DNA of 64,000 nt from a virus: positions 99,966 through 163,965 of IMG/VR virus record IMGVR_UViG_3300030098_007301; one strand, written 5' to 3'. The notes beneath the pieces are model-generated. The model ran no database searches. It saw nothing but the letters and a program-made list of their open reading frames with translations, and was not told where the DNA came from. Below, piece after piece: positions 20,182 to 29,777 of the stretch. Made by a program: the position numbers and the translations under genes. How positions within the stretch are numbered: position 1 is the first letter of the stretch; each line of letters begins with the position of its first letter.

Positions 20182-22014
20182 TTAACCAAACATTTTGGGA
20201 GTAAATGTATAGTTAATTTGCTCCTGCTTAGTATTTTTAAGGTCATTATAAGCTTTAATAGCCCAATTTCCCAACATTAAAGTAGTATAGTTATCTTTTC
20301 TCGCTCTGTTGGCAGATGTGCTTCTTTTTAAATGCTGAGGAAGATCAAATGTCTGAATTCCTTTGGCCGTAGTTTTAACCTCCACAAGCGCGCATTGTTT
20401 TTTCGTTTGGTAAACAATATCGTCTTGAAATTCGATCAGGTCTCCTTTGTCCTGATACGGCATCAGTTTCAATGGGACAGCTTGAGCTGAGACTTTGTCA
20501 AAGAAGCTGCCACACGCAGCCGTTCGGGAGGCAAACCAAATCCTTTTATGATCAATAGAAGCTTGCAGGTATTCATTGGCCTCTCTTAGAAAAATGCTAG
20601 AAAACAATTGTTTGAAGCAAATCATTTGCTCTTTTACATTATATTGACTTTTCGCCTTGAGAAGCATCTGCTGGTAATCGTTTCCAGTTTTATCGCTGTT
20701 AAATTCAAAAAATTTCAAGTCTATGTTAGCGCTTCTAAATAACTCTGATTCATTTGCGCTATCTATAAATTGATATCCAGCATTATCTATAATCAACAAA
20801 ACAATATTAAAATTAGTCATTAAATAATGAAGATATTTTATATGATCTTTTAAGTCTCCTCCAGCTACAGCATATGCATGGACCAAAGTTGACTCGTTGC
20901 TTTTCTCTTCATCAAGCTCTAAAACCGACATTGCAAAGTAATCCGAACTTGGACTGTTACTAAAACTAGGGTCGATAGCCAGAATATATTCTTTATCTTT
21001 TTCTCCTTTTATTAAAGTGTGTTGCTTCTCTCCATCTGGGATTGTGCAATCATGCATTTTCTTTGCGCTAAAATAGCTGTCACTACCATCAGTGAATTGA
21101 GCGCAATATTCCCGCTGAAACGAAGAATTAGAAGATCCACCGGATTGAGCTTCTTCAATTACGGTACTGTCAATCATATCGCTAGGAATAGAATCAAAAG
21201 CCATCTGGGATATAAAATAACTAGACTGCTGTATGTCTTCAGAGTAGATGTTATTCATCCATTCCTTATAGGTTTTAAAAAGGTTTTCAAAACTAAAGCT
21301 AGCAGAAGACAAGGCTATCATTTTAGAATTGTTTCCAAATTGAACCCTATCCTCCTCTTTCATGTCTCCTTTCTTTATTAACTCATCTTCTATCTCCCGT
21401 ATCTTAATACGCTCGGCCATATCTTGAGGAGCGACCAAAAAAGGCATTAGAACCGTTTTAATAGTTTCTTCAGGCAATAATAAAAATTCATCAAGCACCA
21501 ATATATTCGCACGAAAACCACGAATCTTTTCACCGCTTAAAGGGATAGCTGTAATAGTGCCTTCATTTATTTTCCACTCAAACTGGTCATTACGCTTAGA
21601 CTTAGCGCCGAAAGCGTGAGCTAACATTTGAGCCTCTTTAGACTCTACTATCTTTTCAAGATTGTTGAATATAAACCTAGCCGTACGAAAAGTAGGTCCT
21701 GCAATGAGTATTTTAGTTCTAGGTTCAAAAATGCACTGCAGGAAACAATACACGGCCGCAATAAAACTTTTACCGCATCCACGCCCCCATACGCACATGC
21801 TAAAGTTACGATTGAAAAATGCTTTTAGAGTTATCTCTTGGTATAAGGCTAATTTAATTCCCGAAAGTAATTCGGTAGTAAATCCAAGATTAGAGCGCAT
21901 AAACTTGGCTAATGTAATTTTAGCCTGACGATCTGGAAGTTCCCCTTTTAAATTAAGAAACTCTTCATTTAAATTGGGTATGGACTTGGAATATTTTTCA
22001 GGGCAGTACCACAT
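20182..22014 (-). CDS. terL: Terminase large subunit
   Basis: Walker A GRGCGKS, Walker B RGFRANILVLDEF, motif III LSSA, FQREYCAQF linker, RNase H-like ILAIDPS...SD and C-terminal KDNY. Confidence 0.9.
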   Translation of the reverse strand: MWYCPEKYSKSIPNLNEEFLNLKGELPDRQAKITLAKFMRSNLGFTTELLSGIKLALYQEITLKAFFNRNFSMCVWGRGCGKSFIAAVYCFLQCIFEPRTKILIAGPTFRTARFIFNNLEKIVESKEAQMLAHAFGAKSKRNDQFEWKINEGTITAIPLSGEKIRGFRANILVLDEFLLLPEETIKTVLMPFLVAPQDMAERIKIREIEDELIKKGDMKEEDRVQFGNNSKMIALSSASFSFENLFKTYKEWMNNIYSEDIQQSSYFISQMAFDSIPSDMIDSTVIEEAQSGGSSNSSFQREYCAQFTDGSDSYFSAKKMHDCTIPDGEKQHTLIKGEKDKEYILAIDPSFSNSPSSDYFAMSVLELDEEKSNESTLVHAYAVAGGDLKDHIKYLHYLMTNFNIVLLIIDNAGYQFIDSANESELFRSANIDLKFFEFNSDKTGNDYQQMLLKAKSQYNVKEQMICFKQLFSSIFLREANEYLQASIDHKRIWFASRTAACGSFFDKVSAQAVPLKLMPYQDKGDLIEFQDDIVYQTKKQCALVEVKTTAKGIQTFDLPQHLKRSTSANRARKDNYTTLMLGNWAIKAYNDLKNTKQEQINYTFTPKMFG

Positions 22015-22952
22015 TATAACAATTTTAGATCATAGGCTAGTTGCAGGTCATGCTTTTCATCTAATACATCCGATAGTAAAAGTTTTTTAACTATCCTAAT
22101 ACATTCATCCCGACCATTGACAAAGAGAAACTGAATATGAGGAAATTCCTGTATTAAGTCTCTAACATTATGGAAAATAAAATCAGGAGTTACTCGGGTA
22201 TTTTTTTTATAAACATGTTTTAGTCTGTTAAATGCCAAACAGTCTTCTAATTTTCTTTCTACTAAAATAACCATGTAAGCGTCTTCTTCGGCCGCTCTAT
22301 TTATTTCATTTTTAAATCTTTCTAAACCTGAACTTAAAGTCCCTATCAAATCCGGCACTGACTTCCTTTCTATATAGGTATTATTAGTTTTCTCTTTGTC
22401 GTTTAAACAATAGTCTCCAAATTTCAAACCTTTAACTTCAGTTGGAAAATCATCTATCCTTAAAGGCTTTTGCTCGCGCGAATCAATGTAAATTAAATGT
22501 TCATTTGAATAAGTTTCCTTGTATTCTTTTTTTACAGGGATTTTTTTAAACTTGTTTTCATATCCTATTTCTTCACAAAGCTTATAATAACTATCAAAAA
22601 TTATTTCATAATATTGGACCGGAGGCATTGGCAATGTCCGCAGCTCTACTTGAGTAGGAGCATATTTTATATTTTTTTCATCTTTTCTTTTTTGAAGAAT
22701 GTCTCGGCAATAAGCTTGAGCTTTATCTATTGAGACCTTTTTTAGCCAACTTTTCAAGTTAGTTTTACTATTAAAATCCAAAGAAAAATATTGTTCTTTA
22801 TTTTTAAATTTTATCAAGTCTCCCGTATGTCTATCTTTCCTAGGGAAATACTTATGATAATAATCCGATATAGATAATTTATGGGCCTTGATATGAAGAT
22901 GTAGTCCTCTATCTTTATCAAATTCTTTACCGCATTCTTGACATTTAACCAT
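22014..22952 (-). CDS. C2H2 zinc finger plus ERCC4-type nuclease
   Basis: CQEC...H...H N-terminus; IDSREQ, GDY and IERKS..DL ERCC4/XPF catalytic motifs. Confidence 0.8.
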   Translation of the reverse strand: MVKCQECGKEFDKDRGLHLHIKAHKLSISDYYHKYFPRKDRHTGDLIKFKNKEQYFSLDFNSKTNLKSWLKKVSIDKAQAYCRDILQKRKDEKNIKYAPTQVELRTLPMPPVQYYEIIFDSYYKLCEEIGYENKFKKIPVKKEYKETYSNEHLIYIDSREQKPLRIDDFPTEVKGLKFGDYCLNDKEKTNNTYIERKSVPDLIGTLSSGLERFKNEINRAAEEDAYMVILVERKLEDCLAFNRLKHVYKKNTRVTPDFIFHNVRDLIQEFPHIQFLFVNGRDECIRIVKKLLLSDVLDEKHDLQLAYDLKLL

Positions 22953-24054
22953 TTAAAACTTCTTCCTCACTAATACCCATTATACGAGATTTTATATCTT
23001 CCATAGAACTAAGCCTTTCTATTTCTGAAGATATATTTTTCTTGCGTATTTCAGCTATCTTTATCATTTTATTACGAGACTCCTCGTCTTTCCAAAGTTC
23101 TACAAGGTTTAGTATAGACGCTGACTCTTGTAAAACCTTGCTTAACCTCTGGCTCCTTTTCTCCTTCAACTCGTTAAGGAGTTTAGTCTGCCTATTGACA
23201 CATTGATTGTATTCAGTTTGCGCAGTATTGATCGCCTCCACTAAGCTCATAGCCATCCTGCGGCCTTCTGTGTCTTCTGCGTTTTGATCTAATAAAGTCT
23301 GGAGTCTCTCTACTCTTCTTTGGATATTCGAAGCTATAACTACTTCCGCCGATAAAACAATGTACTGATCTACTTCTTCTTGGGAGAGATCTGATTTGTC
23401 CCACGTATATCTCACAAAGCTACTCTCAAATAATTCCCTATCAGTCTCTACTGCGTAAGTACTTATCTGATGAAGAAATCTAAAGGTATGCATATAAGCA
23501 ATTAAAGTGCTCATATTCTTTTTTATCTTTGGGGTTATTTTATCTTTATCTATTCCATTATGAACATACTTGTTGACCCTTACTATCGCTCTTGATTCTG
23601 ATTTAGGAGGAGTATAGCCTCCCTCTACAGGAACGTCATCATTACTATCTGAATATTTAATTTGATTAGGTAGGGTGTTGATAAACTCCGCTACGACCTT
23701 ATATCTTAAATCTAAAGCTGAAATTTTATTGTCTTCGAAGATTAACCGAGCCATGTCCATTGGCTTCATGGCGCTACAATTATTTGAAATGAATTCTTTT
23801 TGGTCTTCGTTAAGTTCTACTTTTTCTTTTGGGTAATATTTATTAGTGACTTTAGCTTCTAAGCTTTTTTCTGCCAAAAACTTTTTAACAGCCCTCCCAT
23901 ATTTAGATCTTCCGTCCTTCATCTCCTCTGGAACATCAGGGAAGACTAGAGCTATAAGCTCCTTGACGTAAGGTGGATCATCTCCTCTTCTATTCCATTC
24001 TTCTAATATAGCTAATTCTTGATCCTTGTTTAAACTTATATTTTTATTACTCAT
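22945..24054 (-). CDS. Hypothetical coiled-coil protein (possible terminase small subunit)
   Basis: 369 aa helical protein with C-terminal coiled coil, two genes upstream of terL; function inferred from position only. Confidence 0.4.
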   Translation of the reverse strand: MSNKNISLNKDQELAILEEWNRRGDDPPYVKELIALVFPDVPEEMKDGRSKYGRAVKKFLAEKSLEAKVTNKYYPKEKVELNEDQKEFISNNCSAMKPMDMARLIFEDNKISALDLRYKVVAEFINTLPNQIKYSDSNDDVPVEGGYTPPKSESRAIVRVNKYVHNGIDKDKITPKIKKNMSTLIAYMHTFRFLHQISTYAVETDRELFESSFVRYTWDKSDLSQEEVDQYIVLSAEVVIASNIQRRVERLQTLLDQNAEDTEGRRMAMSLVEAINTAQTEYNQCVNRQTKLLNELKEKRSQRLSKVLQESASILNLVELWKDEESRNKMIKIAEIRKKNISSEIERLSSMEDIKSRIMGISEEEVLNG

Positions 24055-24734
24055 AGTATTTCTATCTCGCCGCTAGCTATAATCTTTTTGACTTTTAAGA
24101 TAATTGATTTTTTTACATTTTTTATTTGTTTGTAGCCCGGAACTCTATTTTTCTCATTAGTCTTATACCCCATTAAAGTAGCAGCATCTTCTTCAGACAT
24201 GTTGTCGATGTATAAAGCTTTATAAATTTTCCACTCGCTAGACTTAAGAATTTCTTTCATTTTTTCGTTAAGCTTTTCCATTAATGCAAAAATGTCTATA
24301 TCGCTATATTCAGCAGCGTTAATTTCTATTTCGTGGTCGTTTATGGAAACTGGGAGTTTTGCGTCATAGGCTTGTTTTCTCGTCTTCATCCAATTTGCAA
24401 AAAGAGGGCATGCTTCTGATTGTCTGCCGTATATGTAACACAAATCACCCGACTCAGCAGCAGCGCATTTCAAACAAGGTCGACAATAATTTCCATAGTT
24501 GTTACGGATTAAATTTTTTATCTGATTAGATATAATCCTGTTTATCCATGGATTAAGCGGCTTCTGTGGGTCGTAAAGATGCCACTTTTTAAATATATGA
24601 ATTCTTAGAATTTGTGAGACATCATCAAAATCCATCCACGAGAGCGCGGTCAAATTCCATTTGGATTTTCTTTTTTTTATCTCTGCATCTATTTGTTCTA
24701 TATGGTCTTCAAATTTTAGCTTACGTTTCGGCAT
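24051..24734 (-). CDS. Phage RNA polymerase sigma factor-like protein
   Basis: Region-2-like DFDDVSQ...KKWHLYDP.KPL.PWINRIISNQIKNLIR; region-4-like LKSSEWKIY...MSEEDAATLMG; Cys-rich insert between them. Confidence 0.7.
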   Translation of the reverse strand: MPKRKLKFEDHIEQIDAEIKKRKSKWNLTALSWMDFDDVSQILRIHIFKKWHLYDPQKPLNPWINRIISNQIKNLIRNNYGNYCRPCLKCAAAESGDLCYIYGRQSEACPLFANWMKTRKQAYDAKLPVSINDHEIEINAAEYSDIDIFALMEKLNEKMKEILKSSEWKIYKALYIDNMSEEDAATLMGYKTNEKNRVPGYKQIKNVKKSIILKVKKIIASGEIEIL

Positions 24735-25110
24735 TACGACGGGATGACCCAGCTTCCCTTAAAAAATCCTGCTCTGCAGTATCTTTTGAATAACTAGGAT
24801 CTACTTCCCTCCTGTAGCCGTCGTCTATTTTTTTTTCATTTGAACCTGCTAATTCTTCTATTTTAAAATGATTCATTCTAGAAGAACCTTCTATATTAAA
24901 GTCTAGTTTATCTATACTCGTAGAAAAATATTCCTCCTCTTCTTCCTCCTCTATTTTTGTATTTTGTACCGTAGCTACAGGTTTGAATACTTTTTTTGCG
25001 GTGGAGGCGGTACTGATTTTAGTAAAAGAACTACCACAAGAAGCACAAAATTGAGGCTTATTCAAAGAGTACTCCGTGCCGGAGCCGCAAGATGGGCAAT
25101 AAAGTTTCAT
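24721..25110 (-). CDS. Zinc-ribbon protein
   Basis: YCPSCG...FCASCG followed by an acidic tail. Confidence 0.65.
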   Translation of the reverse strand: MKLYCPSCGSGTEYSLNKPQFCASCGSSFTKISTASTAKKVFKPVATVQNTKIEEEEEEEYFSTSIDKLDFNIEGSSRMNHFKIEELAGSNEKKIDDGYRREVDPSYSKDTAEQDFLREAGSSRRNAET

Positions 25111-25180
25111 ATTTTTTATTACACAAAATATATTATTAAAAAATAAAGGTTTTTCAAAAAAAGTGTATTATACTATAAGT

Positions 25181-25465
25181 ATGCGTAGCTCTAAGTTCAC
25201 AAATGCGGATGGCGTTGAATATGAGTTATTGTGGAAAAAACCACACTATAAGTACAACGCGGAGGGATTGTGCTGTTCCCCGGAGGCTGATGATCCTAAA
25301 ATATTAATTGATCCTACATTAAAAAATAGAAGGAAAATGAGTGTGTTAATAGAAGAAATCACTCACGCTTTCTTTTGGGAAAAAAGCGAAAGGGAAGTCC
25401 GAAAGTTCTCTTCTACTTTAGCTAAATTAATTCAAAAAAACATTAAGGAACCTCGTTCTCATTAA
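25181..25465 (+). CDS. Zincin-like small protein (EExxH variant of HExxH)
   Basis: GLC...KILID...VLIEEITHAFF; ATG 12 nt after a GTGTAT motif. Confidence 0.5.
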   Translation: MRSSKFTNADGVEYELLWKKPHYKYNAEGLCCSPEADDPKILIDPTLKNRRKMSVLIEEITHAFFWEKSEREVRKFSSTLAKLIQKNIKEPRSH

Positions 25466-26204
25466 TTTTACTTACTATAAATTTAGTTAGTTCTGACCGA
25501 ACAATGTCTTCTTCGTTAAATTCAAATGTATGAATTCCCATCTGACGACTATCCTCATCATTAAAAATATGATAAAGCTTTTCAAACCCTCCGCGGTTTC
25601 CGTTTTTTAAATCAGTCTGCATTGGGTCCGCCATTATAAAACATCTAGAGTATTTACCGATACGAGTTAGCACTGTAACTATTTCTCTAAAAGAACTATT
25701 TTGAGCTTCGTCCAGTAAAATAGCTTTACCATTCCAACTCATGCCTCTAGCGAAATTAACTGGATGAATAGACACTCTCTTTTCTTTTTGTAGTTTTTTT
25801 ACAGTTTCTTCGTTTAAAAGCTCGTCTAGTTTATCCATAAAAGGTAGATTATAATAATGAAGCTTTTCGTCAGCGTCTCCGGGAAGAAAGCCTAATCGGG
25901 AATCAGAGCTCTCTACCGCCGACCTCATATATATCACATCGGACACTTTAGATTGATTAAGAAGCTGTAAAGCTGCATATACAGCAGTTAAAGTTTTAGA
26001 GCTCCCCGCAGGTCCTTTACATAAAACAAGCCGTGTGTTTTTACTTTGAGATATCTCGATAAAACGTTTTTGTTTTTCTGTCCAAGGTAATTCTTCTATA
26101 TAAAAATTATCCCTAGGTTTCATTGGGTCTCGCTGGTGAATCTTAACCCTTCCGTCCGCAACCTCGAGGGAATCGAAATCCCCTGCGCTTTTTACTTTTG
26201 GCAT
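25443..26204 (-). CDS. phoH: PhoH-like ATPase
   Basis: GPAGSSKT, LGFLPGD..EK, RGMS, LLDEAQN, LTRIG, D..QTD and DIVRS motifs; alternative start at 26213. Confidence 0.92.
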   Translation of the reverse strand: MPKVKSAGDFDSLEVADGRVKIHQRDPMKPRDNFYIEELPWTEKQKRFIEISQSKNTRLVLCKGPAGSSKTLTAVYAALQLLNQSKVSDVIYMRSAVESSDSRLGFLPGDADEKLHYYNLPFMDKLDELLNEETVKKLQKEKRVSIHPVNFARGMSWNGKAILLDEAQNSSFREIVTVLTRIGKYSRCFIMADPMQTDLKNGNRGGFEKLYHIFNDEDSRQMGIHTFEFNEEDIVRSELTKFIVSKINENEVP

Positions 26205-26249
26205 CAATATCATTTTACACTAAAAAAGTGTAATACCCTAAAGAAACTT

Positions 26250-26759
26250 ATGAACGAGGTAACAAATACAATTCCTGAAGTTATAAATATAGCCAATGAA
26301 TTTGGTCAGCTAACCGCAGGAGAAATAAATAAAGAAAAAGTAGAGGGTTTTTTAGAGGGACTAATTGGTGAGTATGGTTGGCTTCTTTTAATAGCTATAG
26401 TGACTATTATGGCCAGAGACATGATAATGAATTTTGCGCAGGGCATACTTGTGTTTATGGGTAATAATTTTAATAACGATGACATTATTTATATTTCTGG
26501 TCGTCAAGCGCGTATAGTTCGCGTCGGAATTCGTAATACGGTTTTTTACATGACAGACCGCAAAACTAAGATGTTGGTGCCCAATGAGCAATTAAAACAA
26601 CTTACGATTGAAAAAACTTTACCTAAAAATGGAGGAGAGCCTTATTTACCAAAAGCTAGCGATCCCGGTTTTGTTGGCTGGGAGGAAGTTCCTATAAATC
26701 CTCCACCCATGCAAGTTGAAGTAGTTAGTAAGACTACTTCTCCGCGAACTAAAAAATGA
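26250..26759 (+). CDS. MscS-like mechanosensitive channel beta-domain membrane protein (short)
   Basis: TM segment then NFAQGI...F..DDII.I.G...IVRVGIRNT......MLVPNEQL. Confidence 0.6.
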   Translation: MNEVTNTIPEVINIANEFGQLTAGEINKEKVEGFLEGLIGEYGWLLLIAIVTIMARDMIMNFAQGILVFMGNNFNNDDIIYISGRQARIVRVGIRNTVFYMTDRKTKMLVPNEQLKQLTIEKTLPKNGGEPYLPKASDPGFVGWEEVPINPPPMQVEVVSKTTSPRTKK

Positions 26760-26980
26760 AAAAGATATTATTATTAAGTGTTTTTCTTTTATCTGGGTGC
26801 ATGTCTATTGATGAAAAAGGCAGACTGGAAAAGGTTAGGTTTTCTGTCCCTGCGTTTTTTCAGGTAGAAATGGACTATTATAAAGATAGAGAAAATTTAG
26901 GGAGACCAGTTGTAAATACTAACGCCCCTCCAAAAATAGGTAATCCATATCCAAAATTAATGGAAATGACTCGAAAATAA
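26756..26980 (+). CDS. Small lipoprotein
   Basis: MKKILLLSVFLLSGC lipobox. Confidence 0.65.
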   Translation: MKKILLLSVFLLSGCMSIDEKGRLEKVRFSVPAFFQVEMDYYKDRENLGRPVVNTNAPPKIGNPYPKLMEMTRK

Positions 26981-27000
26981 GTGTAAAAGAATATAGAGAA

Positions 27001-27564
27001 ATGAAAGAAATAGATTTCACTGAACAAATCGTTAAATGGCGCGAAGAACAGGAAGCCGCCATGACTAAAAAGCAGTACGAAAAAGTCGATACTAAAGAGC
27101 TGAAACGTGACAATAAAAAAGAAAAAAAGGAACACGAAAAAGACGCTCTCAAAGATGACGATAGCAAAATCAAAAAATTAAAGAAGGGTAAACCTTCTGA
27201 GAAGAAGAGCGTAGAAGTTCATGATATAAAGAAAGACGAGAAATACGATAAGAAAAAGCTCAAAGAAATGAAGAGCGCAGTTCTTTCTACTAAAACAAAA
27301 AATGATCTACCCGATTCGGATTTTGCTTATATCGAGCCGGGAGGGGAAAAAGATTCTGAGGGGAAAACGACACCCCGATCATTACGTCACCTTCCAATTA
27401 ATGATGCTGCTCATGTGCGTAATGCATTAGCTAGGTTAGACCAAACCAAAATCAGTGAAGAGGCCAAAAAGTCAGCTCTGAAAAAAATTAAAGCTGCGGC
27501 CAAGAAGTTCGGAATTAAGGTCAGTGAGGCATCAGCTTCTATAGATTATTCTGATCTATACTAA
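27001..27564 (+). CDS. Lys-rich protein with C-terminal DLPDSDFA...HVRNALAR domain (DUF6582-like, head associated)
   Basis: LPDSDFAYIEPGG...RHLPINDAAHVRNALARL motif of phage head-related proteins. Confidence 0.55.
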   Translation: MKEIDFTEQIVKWREEQEAAMTKKQYEKVDTKELKRDNKKEKKEHEKDALKDDDSKIKKLKKGKPSEKKSVEVHDIKKDEKYDKKKLKEMKSAVLSTKTKNDLPDSDFAYIEPGGEKDSEGKTTPRSLRHLPINDAAHVRNALARLDQTKISEEAKKSALKKIKAAAKKFGIKVSEASASIDYSDLY

Positions 27565-27581
27565 TTAATAAGAAATGAAAC

Positions 27582-27614
27582 AAAAAGCCCCGCGCAATGC
27601 GGGGCTTTATTTTT
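27582..27614. terminator. Bidirectional intrinsic terminator
   Basis: AAAAAGCCCCGC-GCAAT-GCGGGGCTTTATTTTTT between convergent genes. Confidence 0.75.
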
Positions 27615-27745
27615 TGGCGTATAGAAGGATTAAATTATCTTTAAGATAAAACCTCTGTAAAATACGTCCAATTTATTGAGTAGTGTAGTCACGCTAAAAC
27701 ACTTAATTGTGTAGGTGTTTTAAAACACTTAACTCGAAAAGGATT

Positions 27746-28132
27746 TTACTCGCCGGGTTTATTTTCGTCAATAACTTTATCGCGTTTATTTGCGAATTCT
27801 TTTTTTATGCCTTCCATCCTTTTCTTCATTTCCTCCCGGTGCTTTTTTCTTAACTCATGCAGCTCCTTGTGGAGCTCCTTCATCTTCTCTCGAAGCTCAT
27901 TCAATTCTTCGCTGTCTATTTTTTTACCCTTCCAATGGTGTCGGCGTTTTTTGCTTTCGATATGCTTTTTTCTTTTTTCTGCCGCCGCTTTAAATCTTTC
28001 TTTGAGTTTTTCTTTGTCTACTTTTTCGGGACGAGGTTTGCCTTTGTGTTTATTAGGTTTAGCTTCGGCCGTTGTTAACACTGATGCAATAATAGCAATC
28101 AGTCCATACTTGAAGATATTTTTTACCATCAT
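27746..28132 (-). CDS. Secreted K/E/R-rich helical protein
   Basis: Signal peptide ending AEA then charged coiled coil; GTGTAT motif upstream. Confidence 0.6.
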   Translation of the reverse strand: MMVKNIFKYGLIAIIASVLTTAEAKPNKHKGKPRPEKVDKEKLKERFKAAAEKRKKHIESKKRRHHWKGKKIDSEELNELREKMKELHKELHELRKKHREEMKKRMEGIKKEFANKRDKVIDENKPGE

Positions 28133-28172
28133 GGTGTTACTTTATTATACACTTCTGCGTGTAATAAGTTAT

Positions 28173-28385
28173 ATGAAGAAAAGAGATATTTTAATAGTAG
28201 TCCTAGGAGTCGCCCTGCTGGTTTCTGTTATCTGGATGATGCAAGGAGACGAAATTAAAGAAAAAGTTGCTGAGAGCGCAAAAGAGGCGGCAAAAGAAGC
28301 GGTTGTAGACAAGGTCGTAGATGAGGTATCGAATAAAGCTAAAGAAAAATTAAAAGAAGAAGTTTTAGATAAGCTGTTACCGTGA
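28173..28385 (+). CDS. Small single-pass membrane protein
   Basis: MKKRDILIVVLGVALLVSVIWM then K/E helix; ATG 8 nt after GTGTAA. Confidence 0.6.
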   Translation: MKKRDILIVVLGVALLVSVIWMMQGDEIKEKVAESAKEAAKEAVVDKVVDEVSNKAKEKLKEEVLDKLLP

Positions 28386-28729
28386 ATAAGTTTCACATAT
28401 ACCTCAAAGAGCTAAGGTCAAGAAAATACGACAACATCACTAAGCTCTCGAGGCTCCTAAAGGTTAATTATCAGATGTGGCGCAAAATAGAAAGGGGAAT
28501 AAACCCACCTCCCCAAAAATCTTTATTAACTAATTTTTGCAATTTGGTAGGAGTTAAAGAGTACGAAAAAAACCAACTGTTCGCTTTAGCAAGAAAGTGG
28601 GTTCCTCATCCAGATACTAATTCAGCAAATCATGGCTTATATCATGATGGACTAGGTCCAGACTGGGTTCAAGCTATTATAAAGGAAAATACTCCTGATT
28701 ATCCTCACAAGTATTGGGGAAAGCGTTAA
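28382..28729 (+). CDS. XRE-type helix-turn-helix protein
   Basis: YLKELR...ITKLSRLLKV....WRKIERG..PP. Confidence 0.6.
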   Translation: MNKFHIYLKELRSRKYDNITKLSRLLKVNYQMWRKIERGINPPPQKSLLTNFCNLVGVKEYEKNQLFALARKWVPHPDTNSANHGLYHDGLGPDWVQAIIKENTPDYPHKYWGKR

Positions 28730-29454
28730 GCTGATGGGTACTCGGGAATATTGTCTTCTCTATATATTTTAGATCTTAGCGGAGAATGTTTTTCAACTTC
28801 TTTTTTATCCTCTTCCGGATAATGATTATAAAAAAAATAAGGGCTGTTACCATATGATCTATCTATATCTTCAGAAGTTAGGGGTTCGTTAAATATTTTC
28901 ACTTTAGGGGGTTCATCTTTAGGATAAGGTACAATAAAGTCAGGATTATGCCAACGCAAAAGATTATTAGGGGGTATGGCATAGTTCCCATCATCCAATT
29001 CCAAAAAGTGGTAACACTTTGAATCTTGATCGTTAGCGTACCCAATATTGAGTTCATTAAGGTCTCCCTCGTAATCGTCGATAGTAAAAAGATACTTACC
29101 AGAACGCCACTTTCTATCCCTGCAGAATATGTCCACCCTACGGTTTTGCAAAAAGCCGAATGTTGTAACTGCGATATCATTATCCTGACAATCCCATGTT
29201 TGCAATAGGGATAGTCTTTGCTCTTCGTTTTCAGATAATGCGTCATAGTCCTCTTTATGACAAAACGCCGAAATTGGCATCTGCCAAAAAACCGCCCCAA
29301 ACTGCGCTTGAAAATGAAAGTGCATAGGGCGGTTTATCATAGATTTTACACCAAATATATAACCTTCTGTTAGTCCATTGTCTTCTGGACCGAATATATA
29401 CTTGTTGCGAATGAAGCACTGGATGTAGGGGGTGTTTGCATTTAGTTGCGCCAT
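28726..29454 (-). CDS. Conserved phage hypothetical protein
   Basis: MAQLNANTP, GAVFWQMPISAF, WDC, GKYLFTID and ELDDGNYA.PNN pattern. Confidence 0.65.
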   Translation of the reverse strand: MAQLNANTPYIQCFIRNKYIFGPEDNGLTEGYIFGVKSMINRPMHFHFQAQFGAVFWQMPISAFCHKEDYDALSENEEQRLSLLQTWDCQDNDIAVTTFGFLQNRRVDIFCRDRKWRSGKYLFTIDDYEGDLNELNIGYANDQDSKCYHFLELDDGNYAIPPNNLLRWHNPDFIVPYPKDEPPKVKIFNEPLTSEDIDRSYGNSPYFFYNHYPEEDKKEVEKHSPLRSKIYREDNIPEYPSA

Positions 29455-29486
29455 ATCTGTATAGTTTACGTGTAATATTATTGTGT

Positions 29487-29777
29487 ATGCCAAGTGAAAA
29501 TAAAAAAATATCTTTTGGGGACTTGGATGGATTCCTCAAATTTGCTCCAATTATCGGTATAGGTATATTAGCCTATCTTCAAACATTATTTCCTAGCAAA
29601 GTGGAGTTCGAAAAACTAGAAGACCATTTGATTCAAATGGATAAAAAAATAACCGAAATCACTATACTGCAAAAAGATACTTCAAATAATACGTCTGCCA
29701 TAAGGGATTTAAATACAAGGTTGCGGCAAATAGAAATTGAGTTAGCTTCCCATCACGCAAAAGAAATTAAAAAATGA
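29487..29777 (+). CDS. Membrane-anchored coiled-coil protein (possibly lysis related)
   Basis: One TM segment then heptad coiled coil; ATG 11 nt after GTGTAA. Confidence 0.5.
   Translation: MPSENKKISFGDLDGFLKFAPIIGIGILAYLQTLFPSKVEFEKLEDHLIQMDKKITEITILQKDTSNNTSAIRDLNTRLRQIEIELASHHAKEIKK

Noticed and set aside
27807-28172. Long N-terminal part of ORF 27807..28385
   Set aside because: Antisense of the K/E-rich gene 27746..28132; the real gene likely starts at 28173
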